Shown piece by piece: positions 29,399-39,839 of a stretch of DNA of 57,366 nucleotides. The notes below the pieces were generated by a model. The model saw only the letters and a program-made list of their open reading frames with translations. It was not told the DNA's origin and made no database searches. Numbering within the stretch: the stretch's first letter is position 1; each line of letters opens with the position of its first letter. A program made the translations under genes and the position numbers. This DNA is from a virus (taxonomy: Duplodnaviria > Caudoviricetes), in IMG/VR virus record IMGVR_UViG_3300025543_000028, positions 1 to 57,366 of that record; one strand, written 5' to 3'.

Positions 29399-32300
29399 GT
29401 TGTAATTCTATTATGCACTAAAGCTCCAAACAATTCTATTGAAGAACCACTTGAACTTTGTATGTTGATTATTAAATGTTGGCCTGTAGCTTTAGCTGTT
29501 CCGTCTGCATTTGTTATTGGTATTACATGTTTGCCATGTGACATTCTAATTAAGTTATCACCCACTGATTGCGTAAAAGATGTGTTGCTTACAGAATCTG
29601 TAAATGTAAAAGTAGTAAATTTTTGGTCATTCTCATTTCCAGATAGATAGAGAACTAATTTATCAAACTTTTTAGTTGTATATACATTTTCATTACAAAC
29701 AAAAGTAACATCTAAAGTGTAATTATTTAACGCCGCGTAATATTGGTTATAAGTACTATTTGAGTTTTCTAAGTATATTTCAGAAGCATCTATAGACGTA
29801 ACTCCAGAATTTCTACCTACAGTAAGTAACTCTCCTGGTAAATTAAAAGCTAACGCAACAACGTCTTTTCTTTTTGAAACCATCACATCTTGTAACTCAC
29901 TATAAACCATGTGGGTAATACTATTGTTATTTGCAGTTGTAATGCAAATACCTACTTCATCAAATATTTTATTGTAATACAAAGCTATACCACCTACTAT
30001 ATAATCTAAAGGCTTATCTCCTATAGGCGAATTTTTAAGTGCATTAAATATATTAGAGTTTTGTGTAGTTATTCCTAAATCTTGTACAGCAAGTCCTTTT
30101 CCGAATACAAGTTTACAAAAAGCAGACATATGCGAATCATACCAATATGCAGAAGTATTAGTTACAAGTAAATTATTGTAATGCTGACTACCATACATTG
30201 TGTCTACATAATCACTTCTCTGTATAACTTGCCCTGTACCTGTAACTATTGTTACAGCTGAAGCATCTGCGTTATCTACAACCACTCTAGGGTTGATTGA
30301 TAATTTACTTACACCTTTTGATTGTAATGCAAACAATTCATTTCGTAAATTAAATAAATTGTATATAGCTCCCTTACTGCTATCAAGTTCGTGAATTTCA
30401 TTAGCATCCCATGTAGTGAATGCATCAAATAAATCACCTGCTAACTTTAAATTAGATGATGCTATTAAATTTCCGTAGTTATTTACATCTTTAAAGTTTG
30501 CAGGCTTCTGTAAAAAAGTTTTAGAAGTATTTCTAGCTCTATATGTTTCATTTAATAAAAAAGCATCATGAGCTAAATAACTTAAATTATTTGTGCTACC
30601 AAAAAATGTACCATCTCTTAAATCTATATTTACAGAAGATTCTACAGGAAATATTATAGCTGGAGACGGATACATTTTAGACCCTAAACTAACACCATCT
30701 TCTCTAGCAAATTTTTGCAAAGAGTACATATTAATATAAGTATCACCACCAAACACTTCATCATTATTTAGTGTTTGTGGATTAAAGTTTACATGACCTG
30801 TCGATATATATTGGTTAGATTCGTAGTTAGATGGCGAACTACCACCATATTGACTTTCTCTTACATCACGTCTAATCTGTCCGTAAAGTTTTTGTGCAAA
30901 ACAATATTGTTTATCAACTTCGGCATCATCATTAAAGTTTAATATAAATGGATTTTTATTTGTACTATTTACTTCTTTACCTATTTGAAAATGTTCAGGT
31001 TGTATTTCATAGGCTTCAATATTTGCAGAACTATAAGTTTCTGTTCTACCACCTAAAGATATATAAATTGATTCTACACCATGTAAAGTTACAGCATCTC
31101 CACTGACATGGTTTTCTAATTTTTTTGTAGCAAATTCATCTGGAACATGCACAAAAACATTTTCTATTGATTGTACTCTAGCTTTATTTATAAAAGGTCT
31201 AGTTGTTCTTCCTGTGCCATGATTGTCGTATCCTTGTTTATTACTAGATACAGATTCAGCAGGACCTATATTTTGACCGTAATCAATCTCTCTTATACCC
31301 CTGTTGATGTTTTGTGCACTTCCTGTAGTAGCATTTATAACATCGTTTACTCCTGTGTAATATTGCGTGTATATAACTTTTTGTGAATATTGATATGATA
31401 AATCGTTTGAGGTCGATTTTGGGTCGTATCTACCTGATAATAAAAAATTATTATACGAAGTTTCGTATTGTCTCAAATGTTTTATAGCATTTTGTGTTCC
31501 TATAGTTGCAAAGTCTGGAACAGTATCAGCATTAAAATCTTCAAAACCTGCATCTAAACGTGCAACTATTTTTATTTTATCTCCACTTCTTTTTGAATAA
31601 TTTAAACTTCCAAGAGTAGATTCTGGTGTGTCATAAGTAAAAGTACTACATGAAACAGATTGATGAGCTTGAGCAGGAGAATAAATATTAGAAAACATTG
31701 TACCATTCTTGTGTTTCATAGAATCATTTCCATCAACATTAGCATGTATGATGGTTTGATTTAAAACTCCTGACGATAAAATAGATTTATCTTGTTCTGT
31801 TCTGTCTACTCTTACAATTGAATATCCACTTATTTTAGACCTTGTATCTGCTGAAAGCTTTACTTGAAACTTAGGATACATAACAAATCCATGTACGTCA
31901 TCTGTAGGTGTATCAAAATACAATGTGCTTGTAGCACTATCTGTAGCAGTCATACTGATTGTAACAGAATTATTATCACCTGCTATAGATGCCACATAAG
32001 TTCCAGGACGTATACCAACACCACTAACTATATCACCTATAGATAGTTGAGCCCCTATACCGTTTAGTGTTAATGTAGTATTGCTAGATTTAACTACAGA
32101 GTCTATTTTTTTAGTAATATTACCTGCATGCTTAAATGTTAATTGTCCATCAGCAGTATTACCTACCACTCGACCATTAGCAGTGTCATTTGTAATATAC
32201 TCCATAGTACCATCAGGCATACGTATATCGCCTATAGGACTCACGAAGGTTGGATTACCATTTAAATCATAAAACAAAATACCAAATCTGTATATTTCAC

Positions 32301-34152
32301 CTCTTTGGTATCCAGTAAACTTTTCAGTAAATAGTGGATTTTTGTAATTATTAAAACCACCATCTATATTTTTGTCAATATATCCATAATGAGGTACTTG
32401 TCCAATTGTAGTTTTAGCTTTATCATGCGCACTACTAGTATCAATAACATTTGAATTATCAAAATATTTAACTTGTGATAAGTCAAACTTTTTTGTTGCA
32501 AATGTAACGCGTACACCATCTGTTATATTATCATAGTTAGGTGTTTCTGCTCCTGGAATTTTTGCTGTATGAGTTTTTTCTAAAAAACCAAATCTACCAT
32601 CTACATATAGAGTGTCTTCGTGTATATCATTATTTTCAGTGCCTGCATATGTAGTAGCTGTTCCTGTACCGTCTGATGCGTACTTATAAGATTTAACTCT
32701 AAAATCTACATCTATAGAGTCAGCATTATTAGTTAAGTTAGCTGCAAACAATCTATTGTCTTTAATTGCTATGTCTGCACATATATTCCAACTAATGTGA
32801 CTTCTTAATAACTCTCCTATAGATACTGAAACTTTAGTTTCATTACCATTATGAGTATAATTAAACGTATTTGAAGTAATCTGACTTTCAGATATTATAT
32901 TAGCTGTTATTGCTCCTTCCGCAGAAGTGTATGTTATATCTATAATTTGTATAGTTCCATAAGAATTGTCTATATTATCTACACGTAAAGATACAGCGTT
33001 AGACGAATTAGTACTTAAACTACCTCCTAATGTTTCGTGATAACTTGTGCTAGGAACTGTTTTAACAATGTTAATAGGGTTTGTAATGTTTGACACTCTA
33101 GATGTTTTTCCATCTGTTGTTACTAGCCTATAGCAATATGAGTGCGCACCACAAGAAACATTACCACCACCTATTATATCTTGTACAACAGGTGCTAGTA
33201 ATTTAGATTCTTTAAAAACATTTAAATCTTCTGCAGTTTTATCTAAATAATAGTTAGCGTCTTCTTTAAGGTTTATTGTTCTTAAAGGATTCACTCCGTC
33301 TGTCCAATAAATCCTATGAAAATGTTCGTTTTCTTCTGATAATTCTACTCTCAACAATTCTTTGGATGTTAATCCTAAGTCTGTACGTAGTATTATATCT
33401 GTTGTTGATGATGAAAAATCATCAGATGGTGTAATTTTAAATATTGCATCTAATGCATTTTCTGTAGAGGTTTTTGCTATAATAGCAATGTAATTAGAAA
33501 ATTCAGCTACACCTAATGCTTCATAATCAATACTTGATGAATTTAAAGACCCTGGATAGTCTTTATATTCAAAATACACTACTTCTCCTCCTGGTCCATG
33601 ATATACGTATGGCTGAATTGCAATAGTCATGTTTTCTGTGAGCCTATTGCTATAAGATATTATGTATTCAGCATTGTTATTTATTGTAGCTGAAATATTG
33701 ACCTTGTTAGCTACAGTACTATTTTGTAAAGCAACTAACAAACCTATAGTCATCATTCCGTTTGAACTAACATTCTGGTCAAAACCAGTCCCTACACCCC
33801 AAGTTTGATTTGCGTAAAGTATACCTGTGTGTGCCTCTACTATAACTGGAGTAAATCCATCATCACCTGTTATAGTAATTTTCCACCCTAATAATTGTGG
33901 GTTTGCTAAATTAACAATATTAGTAGACGCAAGGGCTAATGCATCTGAAAATGTAATTGTACTAACTGTATCTGTTAAAGTTGTAAATACTGTATTACCT
34001 TGTGCATTTTTTAAAACAAAAGAATTATCATCTCTTGTTAAAAGTCTAACTCCAACAGCTTCTTTGTAAGTATCTGGTGGTAAGACATTTGCATCTAAAT
34101 CTGACATCATCCCCTTAGAGAACGAATTAGGTTTCTTAGTAGATTTTGCCAT
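29395..34152 (-). CDS. Tail muzzle / stabilisation protein (P22 gp10-like, crAss001 gp44-like)
   Basis: 1585 aa with N-terminal NSFSKGMMSDLD, RIYWTDGVNPLRTIN, KDNRLFAAN, YQRGEIYRFGILFYD and FGGDTYI motifs of crAss-like muzzle proteins. Position is syntenic. Confidence 0.85.
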   Translation of the reverse strand: MAKSTKKPNSFSKGMMSDLDANVLPPDTYKEAVGVRLLTRDDNSFVLKNAQGNTVFTTLTDTVSTITFSDALALASTNIVNLANPQLLGWKITITGDDGFTPVIVEAHTGILYANQTWGVGTGFDQNVSSNGMMTIGLLVALQNSTVANKVNISATINNNAEYIISYSNRLTENMTIAIQPYVYHGPGGEVVYFEYKDYPGSLNSSSIDYEALGVAEFSNYIAIIAKTSTENALDAIFKITPSDDFSSSTTDIILRTDLGLTSKELLRVELSEENEHFHRIYWTDGVNPLRTINLKEDANYYLDKTAEDLNVFKESKLLAPVVQDIIGGGNVSCGAHSYCYRLVTTDGKTSRVSNITNPINIVKTVPSTSYHETLGGSLSTNSSNAVSLRVDNIDNSYGTIQIIDITYTSAEGAITANIISESQITSNTFNYTHNGNETKVSVSIGELLRSHISWNICADIAIKDNRLFAANLTNNADSIDVDFRVKSYKYASDGTGTATTYAGTENNDIHEDTLYVDGRFGFLEKTHTAKIPGAETPNYDNITDGVRVTFATKKFDLSQVKYFDNSNVIDTSSAHDKAKTTIGQVPHYGYIDKNIDGGFNNYKNPLFTEKFTGYQRGEIYRFGILFYDLNGNPTFVSPIGDIRMPDGTMEYITNDTANGRVVGNTADGQLTFKHAGNITKKIDSVVKSSNTTLTLNGIGAQLSIGDIVSGVGIRPGTYVASIAGDNNSVTISMTATDSATSTLYFDTPTDDVHGFVMYPKFQVKLSADTRSKISGYSIVRVDRTEQDKSILSSGVLNQTIIHANVDGNDSMKHKNGTMFSNIYSPAQAHQSVSCSTFTYDTPESTLGSLNYSKRSGDKIKIVARLDAGFEDFNADTVPDFATIGTQNAIKHLRQYETSYNNFLLSGRYDPKSTSNDLSYQYSQKVIYTQYYTGVNDVINATTGSAQNINRGIREIDYGQNIGPAESVSSNKQGYDNHGTGRTTRPFINKARVQSIENVFVHVPDEFATKKLENHVSGDAVTLHGVESIYISLGGRTETYSSANIEAYEIQPEHFQIGKEVNSTNKNPFILNFNDDAEVDKQYCFAQKLYGQIRRDVRESQYGGSSPSNYESNQYISTGHVNFNPQTLNNDEVFGGDTYINMYSLQKFAREDGVSLGSKMYPSPAIIFPVESSVNIDLRDGTFFGSTNNLSYLAHDAFLLNETYRARNTSKTFLQKPANFKDVNNYGNLIASSNLKLAGDLFDAFTTWDANEIHELDSSKGAIYNLFNLRNELFALQSKGVSKLSINPRVVVDNADASAVTIVTGTGQVIQRSDYVDTMYGSQHYNNLLVTNTSAYWYDSHMSAFCKLVFGKGLAVQDLGITTQNSNIFNALKNSPIGDKPLDYIVGGIALYYNKIFDEVGICITTANNNSITHMVYSELQDVMVSKRKDVVALAFNLPGELLTVGRNSGVTSIDASEIYLENSNSTYNQYYAALNNYTLDVTFVCNENVYTTKKFDKLVLYLSGNENDQKFTTFTFTDSVSNTSFTQSVGDNLIRMSHGKHVIPITNADGTAKATGQHLIINIQSSSGSSIELFGALVHNRITT

Positions 34153-34155
34153 CTC

Positions 34156-34761
34156 TTAAAATAATTTTCTAGTTCTCAAGTCTTCTTTATAAGGCAAAAG
34201 AGTGTTCCAATACTTACTTATATTTCTCCATTGTTGTTTAGTTGGCATATTATCTTTACCTCTAGCTTGTGCACATTGATATGACCATTCTTTTTTTAAG
34301 TCCATATAAACATATCTTGGTAGCTTTTGATTGTAATATTCTCTACCTTTATATTTATACATTATATATGAAGCAATAGCGTCTTCATGATTTGCAGATA
34401 TAGTAGGAAAACCTTCTTCATCAGTACTTATAGCTTCGTAATGTAAATCTATTGTTGTATTTGATACGTCTATATTAAGATAATTACCTGAAAAGTAACA
34501 TTTAGCTTCATCATAAACGCCACCTGACTGACTTACGATTTCTATTAAATTAAGAAAATCCGTAGGCAGTAAAGTTTTTTTATCAGTAACTGTAAGTGTT
34601 GCAATTTTTTTATCAAATGTAATGCTAGAACCAATTTTCTTTTCTGCTTCAAAAGCCCACTCTACAAAATTGTGAAATTCTCTTGCTGCGTCTTGTATGC
34701 CTAAGTTTCTTATAACTGCTGACACTACTTGTTTGACGCTAATTTTAGGACTACCTTTCAT
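34156..34761 (-). CDS. Tail ring / tubular protein
   Basis: 201 aa with EWAFEA.KIG, LP.DF, Y.AI.TDEEGFP.I and W...C.QAR. Syntenic with crAss ring proteins. Confidence 0.7.
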   Translation of the reverse strand: MKGSPKISVKQVVSAVIRNLGIQDAAREFHNFVEWAFEAEKKIGSSITFDKKIATLTVTDKKTLLPTDFLNLIEIVSQSGGVYDEAKCYFSGNYLNIDVSNTTIDLHYEAISTDEEGFPTISANHEDAIASYIMYKYKGREYYNQKLPRYVYMDLKKEWSYQCAQARGKDNMPTKQQWRNISKYWNTLLPYKEDLRTRKLF

Positions 34762-35188
34762 GTTTTATTTTTCTTTTAAATTTATTTAAAGGAAGGACTT
34801 TGAACTTACTGTATTTATATGGTCTTTCCCATACTAACTTTGTATATTCATCGTCTAATATTGGAACTTTATACAAAACTAGTTCATTTATTTCATTACT
34901 TTTTTCCAAATCCATTCTTACATGAAAAGGTCTTTTATGTGGTAATTTTTTAATAAATAAGCTACCTAAATTTAAAGGCATATTAACGACTTCTTGATTA
35001 ATTGCTACCTCTTCTACCATTTTATCAAGATATGCCGTTAAAATAGCTGTATAGTCTTTATAGCTTAAATATTTGTCACCACGCTCACCCCTAACTTTTA
35101 TATTTTCTCTTATAGAGTTATAAATTTGCTTTGTTAAAACATATTTATCTTTGTATTGCTTGTATTTATTTTTTAGCTTTTTTTGCAC
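34751..35188 (-). CDS. IHF/HU-like DNA-binding protein of the crAss tail block
   Basis: 145 aa, basic, with V.MPLNLGSLFIKK (HU-like beta turn). Syntenic with the IHF gene among crAss-like tail genes. Confidence 0.6.
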   Translation of the reverse strand: MQKKLKNKYKQYKDKYVLTKQIYNSIRENIKVRGERGDKYLSYKDYTAILTAYLDKMVEEVAINQEVVNMPLNLGSLFIKKLPHKRPFHVRMDLEKSNEINELVLYKVPILDDEYTKLVWERPYKYSKFKVLPLNKFKRKIKHER

Positions 35189-35837
35189 TTACTTGTTTTT
35201 TAGGTAACGCAACTTTTTCGTCAGACTGATTATTTGGCCCATTAGACGGTACGCTCATTATAACGCTAAATTCTTGTTCTAAAACTTGTTTAACTAAAAC
35301 AGTAATTAGTTCTTCTGGTATAGGATATTGAGTTGTATCATCATCTACATAAGAACTTACACTAGTCGGGTCAGAAAAAACACCATTAATTTCTAAAAAA
35401 CCATCAGAAACTACTGAATCTCCTTCCCAAACATAAAGTTTTCTATCTGCTAGTGTAGCAATTCTACTATTAGATGCAAAAACAAATCTAGAGCTGTTCA
35501 CGAACATTCTATCATGGTGTTGTACTATTGGAAGGACATTATAAGTTGCTTCCACTGAATTGTCTTCCTTATACGCAATACTACGTATAGCTCTATTATC
35601 ATTAAAACCTACGTAATCTTTTATGTTTGCTCCATTAAATGATGCTGGTATAGTATCTATTTGAAAACATGAGTTAGATGTTTTTTTTCCACTATCTGTA
35701 TACTGCATTAAAAGATTAGCTCTATGATAATGCACCATAAATTTAATCTGTCTAGTAGATATATCAGAATCGTCTGAGCCAACACCTCCTGAAATCAAAT
35801 TTTTAATGTTGTAAGCTATTTCGTTTAATGTTGCCAT
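35166..35837 (-). CDS. Tail ring protein
   Basis: 223 aa with MATLNEIAY, IS.RQIKF.V..RA.L and GVF.DP...D..YPIP motifs. Position is syntenic. Confidence 0.7.
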   Translation of the reverse strand: MATLNEIAYNIKNLISGGVGSDDSDISTRQIKFMVHYHRANLLMQYTDSGKKTSNSCFQIDTIPASFNGANIKDYVGFNDNRAIRSIAYKEDNSVEATYNVLPIVQHHDRMFVNSSRFVFASNSRIATLADRKLYVWEGDSVVSDGFLEINGVFSDPTSVSSYVDDDTTQYPIPEELITVLVKQVLEQEFSVIMSVPSNGPNNQSDEKVALPKKQVSAKKAKK

Positions 35838-35855
35838 ATTATATTTTTATTAATA

Positions 35856-35893
35856 AGAAAGGGTAAAATAGGTTACCCTACTCTACCCTTTCT
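35856..35893 (-). terminator. Long RNA hairpin (17-bp stem, GUAA loop): terminator or processing site
   Basis: Minus strand reads AGAAAGGGUAGAGUAGG-GUAA-CCUAUUUUACCCUUUCU. Two G-U pairs form only on this strand. The U-tract is weak. Confidence 0.6.
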
Positions 35894-35918
35894 AGAAAGC
35901 AGGGAGCAAAAAGCTTCG

Positions 35919-36506
35919 TTATACTCGTCGTTCAGATATTTCAGCCTGAAGTATTTGGTATCTAGGGTCTCCCAATGTTGCTAGTACCTTACGAGATGAA
36001 ATCTGACACACTTCTTCGTGTGTAGAAACATTTAATTTTGTTAACTCAGTTGTATACTGCAAATATGTTACCACACAGGTGGTTGCAGTAGATAAACCTA
36101 AAGTATTTATTTTTTTCTCCTTAAAATATATAACTGGATTACTAGAATCAGCTTTATTAAAAGGGTCATTTAAATAAGAACTTATGTCGCTAATTTGTAT
36201 AACTTTTAAGTTTACGTTAGGTGTAGCCTTTACATATGCAGATAAAAATCTACCATAAGTGTCGTTTTCATCTAAAGTACCTATTAGAACAGGAGCACTA
36301 TCTTGTAATGCTTGTTCTTTACTTATAACTAAATCAGATAACTTATCTCTTGCGTCTTGTGTAGTTTCAAACGCCATATAATATTGTTGAATAAACTCGT
36401 CTATACCCATTTTGATGAATTCTTTTAACTCAGCATCGCTAAAGTATGCAGTTGTTTCACTTTCAATAATATTTCGTATTCGAGCTACGGCGTCAGTTAC
36501 TTCCAT
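35919..36506 (-). CDS. Head-tail connector / ring protein
   Basis: 195 aa with YF.D.E...FI, FE.TQ..RD.LS.L, DPFNK and H.E.C..S motifs. Two genes downstream of the MCP. Confidence 0.7.
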   Translation of the reverse strand: MEVTDAVARIRNIIESETTAYFSDAELKEFIKMGIDEFIQQYYMAFETTQDARDKLSDLVISKEQALQDSAPVLIGTLDENDTYGRFLSAYVKATPNVNLKVIQISDISSYLNDPFNKADSSNPVIYFKEKKINTLGLSTATTCVVTYLQYTTELTKLNVSTHEEVCQISSRKVLATLGDPRYQILQAEISERRV

Positions 36507-36510
36507 TTAT

Positions 36511-37182
36511 TTACTTCTTTGCAAGTTTTTTCTTAGGTGAACTTTCACCTCTCATTTCATGCTTCAAGATAGCTAAAATATCTTGATTCTTTTTTAACCA
36601 AACCATCACTTGAGATTTGCTTGTGCCTATAGCTTCTTTGTTATAAAAATATGTGTTATTTCTAAAATTAAGAAGATTAGCTTTAAGTGCTTGCAACAAA
36701 AATACTTCTAAATCCTTGTCTGGATTGAATTGTACTTCCATAAATTGTTCTGCATTAGTTTGAGCCATCATAATTATTTTAGCTCTTAGCGTATCCATAT
36801 CAGAGTTCATATTATAACCTCTTAATATAGAAAAGTCTTTAACCTCAGAATCAGTCATTTTAGCTGCTACTATAATAGCTCGTGCTGAATCTAATGTGTT
36901 TTTAGTTTGCTTCTCTTCTACAGCTTGTAAATCAGTTCTTTTCCACTCTCCTGCTCTTACAGCTGGATAAAATTTTAAAAACTCATCTATTAATACATGA
37001 CCTTCATTATTCATGTCTAACAACATTACAGGAGATGTAAATCTCAAACTTTGCTGTAATCCATTTACATCTTTGTAAATCATAAATTTTCCAGTTTTGT
37101 CGCGGTAATTAGCGAACTCGAAAAAATTGAAATTTTTATGAGTGTAATACTCATATCTTACTAATCTTGATTTTGCTTCCAT
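36511..37182 (-). CDS. Conserved crAss-like protein downstream of the MCP (start reassigned to ATG 37182)
   Basis: The track start (37212) lies inside the terminator hairpin. ATG GAA GCA at 37182 follows an A-rich leader typical of Bacteroidota. Confidence 0.7.
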   Translation of the reverse strand: MEAKSRLVRYEYYTHKNFNFFEFANYRDKTGKFMIYKDVNGLQQSLRFTSPVMLLDMNNEGHVLIDEFLKFYPAVRAGEWKRTDLQAVEEKQTKNTLDSARAIIVAAKMTDSEVKDFSILRGYNMNSDMDTLRAKIIMMAQTNAEQFMEVQFNPDKDLEVFLLQALKANLLNFRNNTYFYNKEAIGTSKSQVMVWLKKNQDILAILKHEMRGESSPKKKLAKK

Positions 37183-37201
37183 TTTTTTTTGCTTTATTGT
37201 T

Positions 37202-37230
37202 AAAAAAAACACACCCCCGAAGAGGTGTGT
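37202..37230 (-). terminator. Intrinsic terminator after the major capsid gene
   Basis: Minus strand reads ACACACCUC-UUCG-GGGGUGUGU followed by a U-run, with a cUUCGg tetraloop. Confidence 0.85.
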
Positions 37231-37245
37231 CTTACTATTTATTTA

Positions 37246-38736
37246 CTAGATTATTACATCTACAGGACGTAAGATACCACATGAAAGTGGGTTACGCACA
37301 ATAATACCTGATTGTGTTAACCAGTGACATTCAAATTTATCATCACCTGACGCTGCAAGCATTGATTTTGAATCGTAAGGGTTAATCATACCAGGAACAT
37401 ATTTCTTCACCCAGTTACGGTTAGTTCCTTCAGCACCTTTAGCAATCAATTCAATGTTAGCTACACCTTGTGTAGAACCCATATCTAAGAATACCATAAG
37501 TCCAGATAAAGAAGCAGTGCTAGAGAACGCATCACCTACAGCTGCATCATTTTCATAACCTGGAGCAGGAGCTACATTAGGGTCATCAAATACAGGACAG
37601 TGAGCTAAAGTAATTTTATTACCTAAAGCCATGTATGTAGAGAAGTTAGCACCCACTTGTACGTCTTGTCCAAACTTGTCTACCAATACAGAAGATGCAT
37701 TCGTTCCTGAGCTAAACAATAAATCTTTCATTGCTTTGTGAAACTGAATTTTCCCTTGTGTACCTGTAAATACTACATACTCATTACCTGTAGCGTTTTC
37801 AGAATTCAATGATAAATTACCAATAAATTCTAATAACTTGTCTTCTGTTAAAACTGCTGCATCTGCACCTGTAGCATTACCAGTAGTACCATAACTTAAT
37901 GTGTTAGCACCTTTAATTTGTTGCAAGATACCATCACCAATTACAGGTAAATTAGCACCTTGTGCTTGTGCACCACCTGGAGATGTAATGTCTCCTGACA
38001 TAGATGACTTACCAAACCAACGCATAACTTCAAGGTCATACATAAATTGAGCTTCTGTCTGTTGCTCTTTAGTAAAGAACCATAAACGGTGTCCATTGTG
38101 CTCAACCCAAGTAACATCAGTTAAATCAGTTGCATCAATAACTAATTTCTTACGAGAAATAGTTACGTAGTTCTTACGAGTTTCAGGATAAGCATATCCT
38201 TCACCTACATCTGAACCGTTAGAACCTTCGGTAAATGCGTTACCAATTACTGCTACTACATCGCCTGCTTCAGCAATTACTGCACTATTTGCATGTGCTT
38301 GCATAGCTGTACACGCAACTGTTGCGTGGTCTTCAGAGCCTGTTCCTGGCGTTACAAGTGTTACGTGAAATTGATGTGAACCAATTCTAATAATATCATT
38401 TTTATTAATCATACAAACATTTCCGCCTGTATTGTCTTTAACATCAAATGAAATTGCCCCACCAACTGCTACTGCACCATCAGCAGCAAGAGTTTTACCT
38501 GCATCTAATGTTTGTTTTTGTCTGTAACGACCCATTGACTTCCACTCAAAAGAATTGTCTCCTAATACTTTTTCAGAAGCACCGAATCCTAATTTTTCAA
38601 GTAAGTAAGTTGTTGTGTATCGAGGATAAAGCTCGATTACTTTTTTTGCTATCTCTGGATACTTTAATAAGTTTGATACCAAAGAGTTTTCCGCTGTGTT
38701 GTAACTAGCGTCATATTTAGCTGAATATACCTTCAT
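37246..38736 (-). CDS. Major capsid protein (HK97 fold, crAss-like)
   Basis: 496 aa with FEWK, AF.EGS, NYVTISRK, GDGILQQI, VVFTGTQG..QF and LAHCPVFDDP. Followed by a strong terminator, downstream of portal and scaffold. Confidence 0.88.
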   Translation of the reverse strand: MKVYSAKYDASYNTAENSLVSNLLKYPEIAKKVIELYPRYTTTYLLEKLGFGASEKVLGDNSFEWKSMGRYRQKQTLDAGKTLAADGAVAVGGAISFDVKDNTGGNVCMINKNDIIRIGSHQFHVTLVTPGTGSEDHATVACTAMQAHANSAVIAEAGDVVAVIGNAFTEGSNGSDVGEGYAYPETRKNYVTISRKKLVIDATDLTDVTWVEHNGHRLWFFTKEQQTEAQFMYDLEVMRWFGKSSMSGDITSPGGAQAQGANLPVIGDGILQQIKGANTLSYGTTGNATGADAAVLTEDKLLEFIGNLSLNSENATGNEYVVFTGTQGKIQFHKAMKDLLFSSGTNASSVLVDKFGQDVQVGANFSTYMALGNKITLAHCPVFDDPNVAPAPGYENDAAVGDAFSSTASLSGLMVFLDMGSTQGVANIELIAKGAEGTNRNWVKKYVPGMINPYDSKSMLAASGDDKFECHWLTQSGIIVRNPLSCGILRPVDVII

Positions 38737-38785
38737 TTTGTGTTATTTAAAATTATAAATTATTTTTATTAAACATTATATAGAT

Positions 38786-39808
38786 TTACGACATAAATTT
38801 ATTAGGGTCAAAGCCTTTCGAAGGGGCTTCAAAACTATTGGAAGAGCGATTATTTCTACTAGGAGAAGTAATACCATCAAGTACTTTAGATTTTCCTTGT
38901 TCAACGCCTTGCGTTTTAATCATTTTGAAAATCTTTTCTTTGTTTTGCCATAAGAAGGCGGCCTCCGCAACATTGGCATGAGACTCGAATACATCTTGAG
39001 CAAATTTCCCTTTTGTTATATATCCATACAATTGTTTCTTATCTTTCTGAGATACTTTACCACCAAAGAAATCGTCTTTGTTTTTGATAAAGTTTTGCAA
39101 ATCTTTTCTCGATTTGGTAGCATTCTCAGTTTTATTTTTTTCTGCCTTTACTTGTTCCTGTCTAATTCTATCTTTCTCACTGTGAATATGTTTAGTAAGT
39201 TGTTGTCTTACTAATGTTGCTTCACGTTTTAAAAGACCAGACGAATCAAGCCTATCTATTGTGTCTTCTATATCGTCATCAGAATATTTAGCTGCACGCA
39301 TATCTGCTACAACTAAATCTCTATCAGACATATCTAGAAAAGAACTTAAATTTTTAATAGCATCATTATCTTCAACTGCAGGCTTCATAGCCTCTTTTAT
39401 TTGTTGAATAAACTCTTCTTTAGAAGAAGCTTCTATACCTGCTTCTTTCCCAATAGATTCCCAGTCAAGCTCTTGTGTAGCCTTTTCTGCTACAGCCTCT
39501 GGTTCTTCTATCTTGTCTTCTTCATCCCAATCAAGCTCTTCTTCAGTTTTTTCTGATTTTGCTTCAATTGGCTCTACTGTTTTTTCTTCTACCTCTACAG
39601 AATCCCAAGAAAAATCATCGCTATCTACATTTTCTGTAACTTCATTTTGCATTGGCTCAGATTCTTTTTCTGAGTTATCAACACTTTGATTTACCACTTC
39701 TGAGTTTACAGAATCACCTAAAAAAGATGTCGGGTCAAATGAAACTTCTGATGTAGCTTCATTTGTTTCTTCTAAAACTTCTTCTACTAATTTGCTTTCT
39801 TCTGCCAT
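38786..39808 (-). CDS. Acidic scaffold-like protein between portal and MCP
   Basis: 340 aa with a very acidic N-terminal half and a helical C-terminal half. Position is syntenic. Confidence 0.65.
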   Translation of the reverse strand: MAEESKLVEEVLEETNEATSEVSFDPTSFLGDSVNSEVVNQSVDNSEKESEPMQNEVTENVDSDDFSWDSVEVEEKTVEPIEAKSEKTEEELDWDEEDKIEEPEAVAEKATQELDWESIGKEAGIEASSKEEFIQQIKEAMKPAVEDNDAIKNLSSFLDMSDRDLVVADMRAAKYSDDDIEDTIDRLDSSGLLKREATLVRQQLTKHIHSEKDRIRQEQVKAEKNKTENATKSRKDLQNFIKNKDDFFGGKVSQKDKKQLYGYITKGKFAQDVFESHANVAEAAFLWQNKEKIFKMIKTQGVEQGKSKVLDGITSPSRNNRSSNSFEAPSKGFDPNKFMS

Positions 39809-39831
39809 TTTGCTTTTTTATTAACTTTTTA

Positions 39832-39839
39832 CAAATATA
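39832..39839 (-). promoter_or_regulatory. Bacteroidota -7 promoter element TATATTTG for the scaffold/MCP genes
   Basis: Exact TAnnTTTG match in the gap upstream of 39808. Confidence 0.65.
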
